Notes: a model not told the origin generated them from the letters alone. A stretch of DNA of 59,037 bases from a bacterium (GCA_026394155.1 JAPKYT010000109.1:1-59037); one strand, 5' to 3'. Numbered from the stretch's first letter, positions 16,796 to 25,131 are shown. A program made the numbers and translations.

Positions 16796-17265
16796 ACTTG
16801 GTCTTCATTGCCGTCGGCAAGCTGCGGGAATCTCATTACCGCATGGGCGTCGAGGAATACCTGACGCGCATCCGTCACTTCCTGCCCGCGGATCACATCG
16901 AAGTGCCACCGGGAACGGGCGAAGACGGTAACGGCAAGGGCCGGGGCGCGCTTCTGCGTGAAGCGGCGGCGATTGAGCGGCACGTGCAGCGCGAAGGTAA
17001 AATGGTGGCGCTGGATGCTCGCGGAACCGCACTGGATTCTGAGCAATTCGCCGATTGGTTGCAGCGCAACATGATCGCTTCGGTGCCGCGCATCAGTTTC
17101 GTGATCGGCGGCGCGTGGGGTCTGGCCCCGAGTATTCTCGAGCGAGCCGACCTCCGGCTCAGCCTTTCACCGATGACGTTTCCTCACGAACTGGCCCGTC
17201 TGATTCTCACAGAGCAGGTTTATCGCGCCTTGTCCCTCTGGAAGAACCTGCCGTATCACAAGTAA
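16792..17265 (+). CDS. rlmH: 23S rRNA (pseudouridine1915-N3)-methyltransferase RlmH (SPOUT)
   Basis: VNLVFIAVGKLRESHYRMGVEEYLTRI and ALDARG..L.SEQFA.WL.........ISFVIGGA.GL.....ERAD..LSLS.MTFPH.LAR..L.EQ.YRA......LPYHK. GTG at 16792 is preferred; the track's upstream ATG at 16735 adds non-homologous residues. Confidence 0.88.
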   Translation: MNLVFIAVGKLRESHYRMGVEEYLTRIRHFLPADHIEVPPGTGEDGNGKGRGALLREAAAIERHVQREGKMVALDARGTALDSEQFADWLQRNMIASVPRISFVIGGAWGLAPSILERADLRLSLSPMTFPHELARLILTEQVYRALSLWKNLPYHK

Positions 17266-17317
17266 TCCATTGGAGTTGCGCCCAACGATGGACTGGCTGA
17301 ATACGGTGGAGGCACGC

Positions 17318-17346
17318 TTGACAAGAGAGACGGATTTCCGTATATT
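17318..17346 (+). promoter_or_regulatory. sigma70-type promoter candidate for mrp/apbC
   Basis: TTGACA (17318-17323), 17-nt spacer, TATATT (17341-17346). It lies 27 nt upstream of the TTG start at 17374. Confidence 0.5.
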
Positions 17347-17373
17347 AGCGCGATTTGCATTAGCGGAGACACC

Positions 17374-18453
17374 TTGACCGCAGCCGCCTCTCCCAATCAC
17401 GATCAAGTTCTTGAAGCGCTGAAGAGCGTCAAATTCCCCAAGTTGTCGCGCGACATCGTGTCTTTCGGCTTGGTGAAAGGCATCGAAGTCGAGCGCGATC
17501 TGGTGCGCGTGCACCTGCGCGTGTCCACACGCGATCCCAACGTTCCCGCCGAGATTGAGCGCGACGTCAGCCGCGTGGTAAAAACACTGGCCGGGGTGCG
17601 CGACGTGCACGTGGATATGTCATGGGTTCAGCCGGAGTCTGCCCCGCCCGCGCCGCATGCCGCACCCGCCCCGCAGGAACCGCTGTTGCCCGGCGTTCGG
17701 CTGAAGATCGCAGTCGCGTCTGCTAAGGGCGGAGTGGGGAAGAGCACCGTCGCCGCCGGGCTGGCGCTGATGCTGCTGAAGCAGGGACACAAGGTGGGCC
17801 TCGTGGATTTCGATATCTACGGCCCCAGCATTCCCACCATCATGGGCGTCGGCGGCATGCCCCTGGTGCAGAACGAGAAGATCATCCCGCTCGATCGCGG
17901 CGGTTTGAAGCTCATGTCCATGGGATTTCTCGTGGATCCGGGCACGCCCATGATTTGGCGCGGGCCGATGGTGCATCAAGCCGCCGAGCAGTTCTTGCGC
18001 GACGTGGATTGGGGTGAACTCGACGTGCTGATCATTGATCTGCCGCCCGGCACCGGCGACGCACAGATGACGCTTTCCCAGAAGGTCAACCTCGACGGCG
18101 CGGTGATCGTCTCCACGCCGCAGGACTTGGCGCTAATTGACGCGCGCAAAGGCGTGGCCATGTTTCGGAAAATGAACGTACCCATTCTCGGCATCGTCGA
18201 GAACATGTCCGGTTTCACGTGTCCGCACTGCGGTCATACCTCTTACATCTTCGGCCACGGCGGAGCGGAGCGCGAGGCACACGCCCTGCACGTGCCGCTC
18301 CTGGCGCGCATTCCGTTGGTTCCCGCGCTGGTGGAGGCTTCCGATGCCGGCGATCCCATGGGCGCGGTGGAAGCGGATCCGCAACTGCGCGATGTGTTCA
18401 CCACGATGGCTGTTCGTGTGAGCGACGCGGTGGGTTTGACCGTTCGCGGCTGA
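17374..18453 (+). CDS. apbC: Mrp/ApbC/NBP35-family Fe-S cluster carrier ATPase with N-terminal DUF59 domain
   Basis: IAVASAKGGVGKSTVAAGLALML (deviant Walker A), ..D.DIYGPS.P..MG, ..W.G.M......QF...V.WGELD.LIIDLPPGTGD..., CPHCGH (CxxC cluster ligands). Confidence 0.9.
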   Translation: MTAAASPNHDQVLEALKSVKFPKLSRDIVSFGLVKGIEVERDLVRVHLRVSTRDPNVPAEIERDVSRVVKTLAGVRDVHVDMSWVQPESAPPAPHAAPAPQEPLLPGVRLKIAVASAKGGVGKSTVAAGLALMLLKQGHKVGLVDFDIYGPSIPTIMGVGGMPLVQNEKIIPLDRGGLKLMSMGFLVDPGTPMIWRGPMVHQAAEQFLRDVDWGELDVLIIDLPPGTGDAQMTLSQKVNLDGAVIVSTPQDLALIDARKGVAMFRKMNVPILGIVENMSGFTCPHCGHTSYIFGHGGAEREAHALHVPLLARIPLVPALVEASDAGDPMGAVEADPQLRDVFTTMAVRVSDAVGLTVRG

Positions 18454-18474
18454 TCGCCCTTAGAGGAACATGCC

Positions 18475-18774
18475 ATGCCGACTCCCGATGACGTTTATCA
18501 AGCGCTGACTCGCGTCTACGATCCGGAGCTGGCTCTGCCGGTCACCGATCTGGGGCTGGTTTACGACGTGCAGGTGAACGGCAACCGTGCCGACGTGAAA
18601 ATGACATTGACCACTATGGGTTGTCCCATGGCCGGATCTCTGACGGAGATGGCGCGGCGGGCGGTTCTGGAAGTTCCCGGCATCGAAGAAGCGAATGTCG
18701 AATTGGTCTGGGATCCGCCGTGGTCGGTAGACATGATGTCCGATGAGGCGCGCATGCGCCTCGGCATGATCTAA
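18475..18774 (+). CDS. DUF59 (MIP18/SufT-like) metal-sulfur cluster assembly protein
   Basis: VYQALTRVYDPELALPVTDLGLVYDV......V.V.MTLTTMGCPMAG.L.......V..VPG.....VELVWDPPW....MS..AR..LG is the typical DUF59 (PaaD/SufT-like) pattern. Confidence 0.8.
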   Translation: MPTPDDVYQALTRVYDPELALPVTDLGLVYDVQVNGNRADVKMTLTTMGCPMAGSLTEMARRAVLEVPGIEEANVELVWDPPWSVDMMSDEARMRLGMI

Positions 18775-18782
18775 TCGAGTTC

Positions 18783-18811
18783 CGCGCCGCCGCGCGCTGG
18801 CGCGAGTTTTT
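18783..18811 (+). terminator. terminator candidate after the DUF59 gene
   Basis: GC stem cgcgcc (18783-18788) / ggcgcg (18799-18804) followed by agttttt. Confidence 0.4.
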
Positions 18812-18909
18812 CCCCTTTAATCCGTTCCTTGAGAGAACAGAAAGGGTCGCCATGAAGTCACAGCAAGCATTTCCCCCTCTGCACTGATGCGGAGGGTTTT
18901 TCTCTTTTC
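18812..18909 (+). promoter_or_regulatory. PyrR-binding leader (anti-antiterminator hairpin) plus intrinsic terminator: pyr attenuator
   Basis: CCCUUUAAUCCGUUCCUUGAGAGAACAGAAAGGG (18813-18846): outer stem CCCUUU/AAAGGG, inner stem GUUC/GAAC, purine-rich GAGAG loop. This matches the general shape of PyrR binding loops (..UUUAA..GUCCAGAGAGGCU..AAGG..). Downstream is the hairpin ccctctgc/gcggaggg (18875-18896) followed by UUUUUCUCUUUUC, 28 nt before the pyrR ATG. Confidence 0.6.
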
Positions 18910-18936
18910 GCAATCCGGTTCAACTTCAGGCCACTG

Positions 18937-19488
18937 ATGGACTACAAGGTCAAGGCGGTGTTAGTGGACTCGGCGGGCTTCGCGCGCACGATCACCCGGC
19001 TGGCCCACGAGATCATCGAGCGCAATCGCGGCACGGAAAGACTCGCCTTCGTCGGCATGCAGACGCGGGGAGTCTATTTGGCGCAGCGTCTGGCGCGGAA
19101 GGTGGAGGAGATCGAAGGCACGGCGCTGCCGGTGGGAGTGCTGGACACCACCATGTACCGCGACGACTTCCGCACCGCACTCAAACAACCGCTGGTGCGC
19201 GTCACCGAAATTTCGTTCGATCTTTACAACATGAACGTGGTTCTGGTGGACGACGTGCTCTACACCGGCCGCACCGTGCGCGCCGCGTTGGACGCTCTCA
19301 TGGATCTGGGCCGGCCCAAGCGCATCCAGTTGGCGGTGCTGGTGGATCGCGGTCATCGCGAATTGCCCATCAAACCCGATTTCGTGGGTCGTAACGTGCC
19401 CACCAGCATCAACGAAGAGGTGCGTGTGCGCATGACGGAAATTGACTCCGAGGACGCGGTGCTCTTAGTGGAGGTGCAACAACCGTGA
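18937..19488 (+). CDS. pyrR: bifunctional pyr operon regulator / uracil phosphoribosyltransferase PyrR
   Basis: ..I.RL.HEI.ERN.G......VG...RGV.LA.RLA..........P.G.LD...YRDD and the PRPP loop VVLVDDVLYTGRTVRAALDAL.D.GRP..IQLAVLVDRGHRELPI.PDFVG.N.PTS. Confidence 0.93.
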   Translation: MDYKVKAVLVDSAGFARTITRLAHEIIERNRGTERLAFVGMQTRGVYLAQRLARKVEEIEGTALPVGVLDTTMYRDDFRTALKQPLVRVTEISFDLYNMNVVLVDDVLYTGRTVRAALDALMDLGRPKRIQLAVLVDRGHRELPIKPDFVGRNVPTSINEEVRVRMTEIDSEDAVLLVEVQQP

Positions 19489-20432
19489 GCCTGCTCACTC
19501 ACAAACACCTTCTGGGTCTGGCGGACTACTCGGAAGCGGACATCACCACGATTCTGGACACCGCCGAGCGCATGAAGGAGATTCTGGAGCGGCCGGTGCC
19601 CAAGGTGCCCACGTTGCGCGGCGTGACCGTGGTGAATCTGTTCATGGAATCGTCCACGCGAACGCGCGTGAGTTTCGAGTTGGCGGAAAAACGCCTCTCC
19701 GCCGACACGCTGAATTTCGCCGTGTCGAGCAGTTCGCTCTCCAAGGGCGAAACGCTGCTCGATACCGCGCTCAACATCGAAGCGATGAAGATAGACGTGG
19801 TGGTGATGCGCCACAAGTCGCCCGGCAGTCCGCACTTTCTGGCCCGGCATCTCGATTCCATCATCATCAACGCGGGCGACGGCTGCCATGAGCATCCGAC
19901 GCAAGCGCTGCTGGACATGATGACGCTGCGACAGAAGTTCGGAGCGCTAAAGGGGCTGCGTGTCTGCCTCGTGGGAGACATCTCCCATTCGCGCGTGGCG
20001 CTCTCCAACATCATCGGACTGAAAACAATGGGAGCGCAGGTCACGGTTTGCGGCCCGGCCACGCTGATCCCGCGCGGAATCGAACGTCTCGGCGTGCAGG
20101 TAACGCATAGTCTGGACGAGGCCATTCAGCGCTGCGACGCCCTCAACGTTCTGCGCCTTCAACTGGAGCGGCAGGAGGCCGGGCTTTTTCCCTCGCTGCG
20201 TGAATATCACCAGTACTTCGGTCTGACGCGACGCCGTCTGGAGAAAGCGCCCGCGCCGCTGACCATCCTGCATCCCGGCCCGATGAATCGCGGAGTGGAA
20301 ATCACCTCCGACGTGGCCGACAGCGAGCATTCGGTTATCCTCCAGCAGGTCACCAACGGCGTGGCGGTGCGCATGGCCGTGCTGTATCTCCTGGCGGGAG
20401 CGAAGATGCCATCCACCGAAATGAAAGTCTGA
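19485..20432 (+). CDS. pyrB: aspartate carbamoyltransferase catalytic subunit
   Basis: V.NLF.ESSTRTR.SFELA.KRL, ..SS..KGETL.DT, ..RH, CHEHPTQALLD, ..GD..HSRV. The GTG start overlaps the pyrR stop. Confidence 0.93.
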   Translation: MSLLTHKHLLGLADYSEADITTILDTAERMKEILERPVPKVPTLRGVTVVNLFMESSTRTRVSFELAEKRLSADTLNFAVSSSSLSKGETLLDTALNIEAMKIDVVVMRHKSPGSPHFLARHLDSIIINAGDGCHEHPTQALLDMMTLRQKFGALKGLRVCLVGDISHSRVALSNIIGLKTMGAQVTVCGPATLIPRGIERLGVQVTHSLDEAIQRCDALNVLRLQLERQEAGLFPSLREYHQYFGLTRRRLEKAPAPLTILHPGPMNRGVEITSDVADSEHSVILQQVTNGVAVRMAVLYLLAGAKMPSTEMKV

Positions 20433-20434
20433 CC

Positions 20435-21742
20435 ATGCGAAAGTACGCGAACTTCGACGAACCCGCGCGGGCGCGGAATCTGGTGCTGCAAGGCGTGCGC
20501 GCCGTGGACCCCGAGCGCAATCTGGATCAGGTGCTGGATCTTCATATCCGTGACGGCATGTTGAGTGTCGCGCCGAAAGAAATCCCCGCCGACGCCGACG
20601 TTCTGGACTTGCGCGGTCACATCGTCACGCCCGGCTGGTTCGATCTTCATGTTCATTTGCGCGAGCCGGGCGGAGAAGTGGCGGAGACGATTCTCTCGGG
20701 CTGTCAGGCGGCCATGAACGGCGGATTCACCGGCGTGGCCTGCATGCCCAACACCGAGCCTCCGCTGGACGATGCGGGTCGGGTGCGCTGGGTAATGGAG
20801 AAGGCGGCTCCGTTGCCGGTGGACTTGCACGTGGTGGCGGCGGCGACGCGCGGACGCGAGGGCAGGCAACTGGTGGAGATGTCCGAGTTGGTGGAACTCG
20901 GCGTTCGCGCCTTCAGCGATGACGGAAAGCCCATCGCCGACACGGCGGTTCTCCGCCATGCGCTGGAATATGCCAACATGCTCGGCGCGCGAATTTTTGA
21001 GCACGCCGATGATCCCGATCTGTCCGTGGGCGGTGCCATGAACGAAGGCGAGTGGTCCACGCGTTTGGGCTTGCCGGGCATACCGGCGGTCAGCGAGACG
21101 CTGGACGTGCTGCGCTGCATTCTGGTGGCGCGCTATGCCGGAGCGGCGGTGCACATTTGCCACGTCTCCACCAAGGAGTCCGTGGAGTGGATCCGCTGGG
21201 CCAAGCAGCAGGGCATCAGAGTGACGGCCGAGGTGTGTCCGCACCATCTGCTGCTGACGGAGGAGCGCTGCCGGGAATTCGACACGGATTTCAAGATGAA
21301 CCCGCCGTTGCGCAGCGAAGAGGACCGTCAAACGTGTCTTAAGGGACTGGCTGATGGCACGCTGGATGCTTACTGCACGGATCACGCGCCCCATGCGTGG
21401 GAAGCCAAGGCGCAGGAATTCGACGTGGCGCCCTTTGGCGTCGTGGGGCTGGAGACCGCGCTCGGACTGGCCTTCACGCATCTGGTGGGACGCCATCTCG
21501 ATCTGAAGGCGATGATCGAGCGCGTGGTGTACGCGCCGCGCCGCATTCTTTCTCAGCCGCTTCCCGCTATCGCGACCGGCGAGCCGGCGAACCTGACCAT
21601 CATTGATCCGGAAGGCTCGTGGACGGTGCGGCCCGATGAGTTTCGCTCGAAGTCGCGCAATACTCCCTTCAAGGGCTGGGAGCTGACGGGTCGCGCGCGC
21701 GGCATCGTGAATCGCGGTTTTGCGGTTATCAAAGAAGTATAG
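20435..21742 (+). CDS. pyrC: dihydroorotase (multifunctional-complex / type I)
   Basis: PG.FDLHVHLREPG, then G.TGV..MPNT.P..D, ...FSDDG, ....H.CH.ST..S...I..AK..G..VTAEV.PHHL, DHAPH. It starts 3 nt after pyrB. Confidence 0.9.
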   Translation: MRKYANFDEPARARNLVLQGVRAVDPERNLDQVLDLHIRDGMLSVAPKEIPADADVLDLRGHIVTPGWFDLHVHLREPGGEVAETILSGCQAAMNGGFTGVACMPNTEPPLDDAGRVRWVMEKAAPLPVDLHVVAAATRGREGRQLVEMSELVELGVRAFSDDGKPIADTAVLRHALEYANMLGARIFEHADDPDLSVGGAMNEGEWSTRLGLPGIPAVSETLDVLRCILVARYAGAAVHICHVSTKESVEWIRWAKQQGIRVTAEVCPHHLLLTEERCREFDTDFKMNPPLRSEEDRQTCLKGLADGTLDAYCTDHAPHAWEAKAQEFDVAPFGVVGLETALGLAFTHLVGRHLDLKAMIERVVYAPRRILSQPLPAIATGEPANLTIIDPEGSWTVRPDEFRSKSRNTPFKGWELTGRARGIVNRGFAVIKEV

Positions 21743-21788
21743 AATGTCCGAAAGAGACTGCCTCGTCTCCCATTCGAAGGAGTCGGTC

Positions 21789-22742
21789 ATGAACCGCTGG
21801 GTGCAACTGGGGCTGCTTCTCAGCCTTTCTCTCACGGCATGGATTCCCGCCGGCTGCAACCGGGGGCCGCGGGAGATACCCGAAAGCACGCTCATCTCTG
21901 TTTACTATTCCAGCGATACTCGCGGGCGACTGGACGGCTGCGGGTGCAAGCACGAGGACGGCGGAATCGCTCGACGCAGTACGATGATTCTGGCGGCGCG
22001 TGAAGAAGACCCCGCCGTGGTCTACTGTGACGCGGGCAACTTTCTCTCGGGCAATGCCGCAGCCGATAGCACTCGCGGAGCGGTCATGGTGGAGGCCTAC
22101 AATCATCTGAAACCGGCCGCCGTGAATCTTAGCGAGCGGGAGCTGGCCTTCGGCGTGGACGCCTTCAAAGCCGCGAAGCGTGAGGCCAAGTTCGATTTCG
22201 TCTCGGCAAATCTTCGTTACAAAGGCGGCGCGCTGGCCGTTCCTTACGTCATCCGAATGGTGAAGGACGCCCGCATTGCTTTCGTCGGTCTTTGCGGAAC
22301 CAAGGACGTGATGCGCTCCGACAGCACTCTGTTGCCCGAGGGCGTGATCATCGAAGACCCGGTGTCCTTCGCGCGCCGCGCCGTGGCCGGCCTCGAGGGC
22401 AAAGCCGAGATCATCATTCTGCTTTCGACATGCGGTGATGCCATGGATTCGCTGCTGGCGCAGTCGCTGCCGCAGGTTGACGTCATCGTCGGCGGGCGAA
22501 GCTACCGCACCAATTGCGACAGTCCGTGGGTGATCGGTAAGACGCGCATCGTGCGTGCCGAGCACGACGGACGCTCCCTTGGCCGGATGAATCTGGTCTT
22601 CGGCCCGAAGGCCGAGCTTCGTGACTATCTTGGCGCACAGGTGGCTCTGGGAGCGCGTGTGTCTTCCGATGCCGGGATGATCGAGCGCGTGCGCCGCCAC
22701 ATTCCCGGCTTCAGCGAGACGGGGCAACATTCGACACCATGA
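21789..22742 (+). CDS. lipoprotein resembling the 5'-nucleotidase/UshA-type metallophosphatase domain but with catalytic residues substituted
   Basis: RBS AAGGAG, then MNRWVQLGLLLSLSLTAWIPAGC (lipobox). The body aligns by eye to UshA-like N-domains, but HTNDxHG reads YSSDTRG, DAGD reads DAGN, and GNHEFD reads SERELA. It contains a GCGC....GGIARR segment. Confidence 0.55.
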   Translation: MNRWVQLGLLLSLSLTAWIPAGCNRGPREIPESTLISVYYSSDTRGRLDGCGCKHEDGGIARRSTMILAAREEDPAVVYCDAGNFLSGNAAADSTRGAVMVEAYNHLKPAAVNLSERELAFGVDAFKAAKREAKFDFVSANLRYKGGALAVPYVIRMVKDARIAFVGLCGTKDVMRSDSTLLPEGVIIEDPVSFARRAVAGLEGKAEIIILLSTCGDAMDSLLAQSLPQVDVIVGGRSYRTNCDSPWVIGKTRIVRAEHDGRSLGRMNLVFGPKAELRDYLGAQVALGARVSSDAGMIERVRRHIPGFSETGQHSTP

Positions 22743-22767
22743 GGCTCGAAAGTGATAATAATGCAGG

Positions 22768-22798
22768 ATTTCTCCCGGCAGCCGGGAGAAATTTTTTT
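22768..22798 (+). terminator. strong rho-independent terminator ending the pyr/lipoprotein transcription unit
   Basis: 11-bp stem atttctcccgg (22768-22778) / ccgggagaaat (22782-22792), 3-nt loop, then a run of 7 T (22792-22798). Confidence 0.8.
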
Positions 22799-22873
22799 CG
22801 CCGAACGAACCGTCTTGCCGCACCAAAAAGCTGAGAATACGTACGAGAATACCGTGGTTGAGGCAGGCCGAAA

Positions 22874-22912
22874 CTCCCCCCTTCCATTCCCCCCACGGAG
22901 TGGGGGGAGGGT
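22874..22912 (+). repeat. C6/G6 hairpin repeat, copy R1
   Basis: ctcccccc-ttccatt-cccccc-acggagt-gggggg-agggt. Same layout and orientation as R2 and R3. Confidence 0.8.
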
Positions 22913-23128
22913 ATTTGGCGGTGCCCACCACATATCGGTTGAAGAAGTCGTGAACGTTTGAGCATCGCTAAGTTGCATAATAAGAACTGAATGGCTCGAT
23001 TATGCTGACAATATAAAACGAATCAAGGGTCAGATCAAGGGGTCGGATTGTTAGAGTTGCGCGTTAGTGATTGGATACGAAGAGGTTGGTAAGATCAGGA
23101 AAAAGCTGAAGCGGAAGAGGGAGAGGAC

Positions 23129-23168
23129 GGCCCCCCTTCGTTCCCCCGGTCGAGCTGGGGGGAAAAGT
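23129..23168 (+). repeat. C6/G6 hairpin repeat, copy R2
   Basis: ggcccccc-ttcgtt-ccccc-ggtcgagct-gggggg-aaaagt. Confidence 0.75.
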
Positions 23169-23175
23169 CAGAACC

Positions 23176-23214
23176 GATTCCGGCCGGGTGGCGAAGACTG
23201 ACCCGGCTCGGCGG
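23176..23214 (+). repeat. 39-40-nt stem-loop repeat, copy H1
   Basis: gattccggccgggtggcgaagactgacccggctcggcgg. Stem gccgggt/acccggc with an 11-nt loop. Nearly identical to H4 at 26502-26541. Confidence 0.85.
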
Positions 23215-23222
23215 AAACTGGA

Positions 23223-23261
23223 CTCCCCCTTGTCTTCCCCCCACGAAGTGGGGGGAAAAGT
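23223..23261 (+). repeat. C6/G6 hairpin repeat, copy R3
   Basis: ctccccc-ttgtctt-cccccc-acgaagt-gggggg-aaaagt. Confidence 0.8.
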
Positions 23262-23272
23262 GAGGACGAGGC

Positions 23273-23301
23273 TTGACATTCCGTTGGCGGCGAAGTAAAT
23301 T
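23273..23301 (+). promoter_or_regulatory. sigma70-type promoter candidate upstream of the low-GC T9SS cargo gene
   Basis: TTGACA (23273-23278), 17-nt spacer, TAAATT (23296-23301). The leader to the ATG at 23523 would be long, about 215 nt. Confidence 0.4.
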
Positions 23302-23522
23302 GTATAGAGATGCCGGGCAAGACCCTTGGGAGGGGAATTGTGATGCATCGTCGAGGCGGACATCTTTGGGTTGATCTAAGGAACCGTCGGGACAAGCAGG
23401 CTCAGTTTGAACCTTGTCGTCGTGTAGGCGGCAAGGTTTTCTCTATTCTCAATGTCTTGGCTCTGACGTGCGGAGTGTCATCAATGTGCAGTTCCAGAAA
23501 CCGGGTTTCTTGGCACGGCGAA

Positions 23523-24980
23523 ATGAAATACGTCCTACTGCTCTTTGTCGTGGCCTCGTGGGTCTCGGCCAGTGTAGGGCAGTGGAATCAAGTCACGTTG
23601 TTGACTGACGACAACCATTTTCACCACTGGCCACAGATAGTGGTGGATGACTCACTCCGGCTCCACGTCTTCGATGTGCGGAGTCTCACAGAAACTTCTG
23701 AGCAACCTGCTTCGTTGTTCTACCAACGCTTTGACAATTGGGGCAATTCCCTCGGCTTGCCGCTGGAACTCTTGCCAGACCCGAACATCCTCACTGATTT
23801 CACCCCGGGTGTTTTTCTCGACCGTATGCAGAACGTGCACGTGGTGTGGGGCAGAGGCTACGATCCCCCACATGGCCCCGATTCGGCCTTCTTCTACGCT
23901 CGGCTCAGTGCTAATGGGGCAATCCTTACCGGCCCGCAGTGGATTTATCCGCAGGACATCCCGCAGTTCTACATCCAGTCGGACATCAACATGGTTCAGT
24001 CAGTCTCGGGTGACATTTGGGTCGCATGCGACAGTTGGGTCATGGCAGTGAGTGAGTCGGGAGATGTCGTGGTTCCCCTTCGTCCGATTTTGGAACCCTA
24101 TTACCGAGCGGTGCAGGCGATTCTGGGTAGCCACCCGGACGGTAGTGTCTGGGCGTGTGTCCGATATCTTGGAAGCAACGAGCAGAATATCAGCGTGGTG
24201 CGAGTGGATGTCCCCGGACTCTTGCCTGAAGTGGTATCACCGGGCAATGGTTACCTCGTACAAATGACTCCGGAAGCATTCTTCGTAGACAGTACGGGGG
24301 TCTTCCATTATGTAGTATTCCGCGACGACGCGGGACTGCTATATCAGAGAGATGCGCGTGACGGCTCTCCTGCCGACACGATTGTCTTCGACCCTTCACC
24401 TTATGGGGTGGGCTCTACGTTCTTTACGCTGGTGGGTAGGGATACGTTAGAGTACATTTGGGGTCAGACGTTGCCAATCCAAGGCTTTCTCCGGGTCGGC
24501 TTCAGGTTAGCAGGTGGCTATGCTTTTCAGCCCATTGTGGTTCCGCAACGTGATTTCAGCATATCCAGCACCTCGTGTTTTCACTGGAAGAGGGGTAGCT
24601 ATTGGATGCCAGGAATTACCACGGGTCATGTCTCGCTTCGACCACAGGTCGGAATGATTCACGTGCCGGGGCCGAATGAGCCGCCGAATGCGACTGAGAT
24701 CAGGCCGCGACTGCTGCCCGACGAGCCGCAGCTATCAGTGTATCCCAATCCGTTGAATCCGACGGGGGTGATCGTGATGGATCTGGCGCAGCGAGGGGTG
24801 GTGAATGTGGACGTGTTTGACGTTCTGGGACGGCACACAGCGACTCTTGCGAATGGAGTGTTTGAAGCGGGGAGGCACGAATTGCAGTTTGATGCAGGCG
24901 AGCTGCCGACGGGAATCTACTTTGTTCACCTGCAAACCGCGGAGCAGATGGTGACCCGAAAGGCGGTCGTCATCAAGTAA
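23523..24980 (+). CDS. secreted hypothetical protein with T9SS C-terminal sorting domain; compositionally atypical (low GC)
   Basis: Signal MKYVLLLFVVASWVSASVGQ. C-terminus SVYPNPLNPTGVIVMDL...VVNVDVFDVLGRHTATL...GIYFVHLQTAEQMVTRKAVVIK is a T9SS CTD. I recognised no motif in the ~400-aa body. The track's ORF start at 23310 is an extension. Confidence 0.7.
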   Translation: MKYVLLLFVVASWVSASVGQWNQVTLLTDDNHFHHWPQIVVDDSLRLHVFDVRSLTETSEQPASLFYQRFDNWGNSLGLPLELLPDPNILTDFTPGVFLDRMQNVHVVWGRGYDPPHGPDSAFFYARLSANGAILTGPQWIYPQDIPQFYIQSDINMVQSVSGDIWVACDSWVMAVSESGDVVVPLRPILEPYYRAVQAILGSHPDGSVWACVRYLGSNEQNISVVRVDVPGLLPEVVSPGNGYLVQMTPEAFFVDSTGVFHYVVFRDDAGLLYQRDARDGSPADTIVFDPSPYGVGSTFFTLVGRDTLEYIWGQTLPIQGFLRVGFRLAGGYAFQPIVVPQRDFSISSTSCFHWKRGSYWMPGITTGHVSLRPQVGMIHVPGPNEPPNATEIRPRLLPDEPQLSVYPNPLNPTGVIVMDLAQRGVVNVDVFDVLGRHTATLANGVFEAGRHELQFDAGELPTGIYFVHLQTAEQMVTRKAVVIK

Positions 24981-25005
24981 TCCCGAAGCCAGTCAATGTC
25001 ACATT

Positions 25006-25034
25006 AGCCCGGTCGGATGGCCGGGCTCTCTTGT
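25006..25034 (+). terminator. weak terminator-like hairpin after the T9SS cargo gene
   Basis: agcccgg (25006-25012) / ccgggct (25021-25027), 8-nt loop, poor U tract (ctcttgt). Confidence 0.35.
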
Positions 25035-25070
25035 AAATGCTGAAAGGCTGAAATGCTGAAAGGCTGAAAA
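25035..25070 (+). repeat. tandem repeat: 16-mer aaatgctgaaaggctg x2, which is also the 8-mer GCTGAAAN x4
   Basis: 25035-25050 and 25051-25066 are identical. The sub-period gctgaaag/gctgaaat/gctgaaag/gctgaaaa spans 25039-25070. Confidence 0.9.
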
Positions 25071-25086
25071 CAGAAAGCAAAAAAGG

Positions 25087-25121
25087 AGATTCCGGCAGGG
25101 TCTGGAGACCCCTGCTCGGCG
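25087..25121 (+). repeat. stem-loop repeat, diverged copy H2
   Basis: gattccggcagggtctggagacccctgctcggcgg. It shares the 5' gattccggc and the 3' ctcggcgg with H1 and H4. The internal stem is replaced by a different self-complementary sequence (cagggtc..gacccctg). Confidence 0.6.
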
Positions 25122-25131
25122 GAGAAGGAGA

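Noticed and set aside
22752-23363. ORFs 22752-22961 (+, 69 aa), 22625-22978 / 22711-22965 (-) and 23064-23363 / 23168-23395 (-) in the repeat-rich spacer. Several contain recurring PP.(S/T)WGE.KGG peptides.
   Set aside because: The recurring peptides are just translations of the C6/G6 hairpin repeats. The ORFs lack RBS and start context and cross a strong terminator and a promoter candidate.
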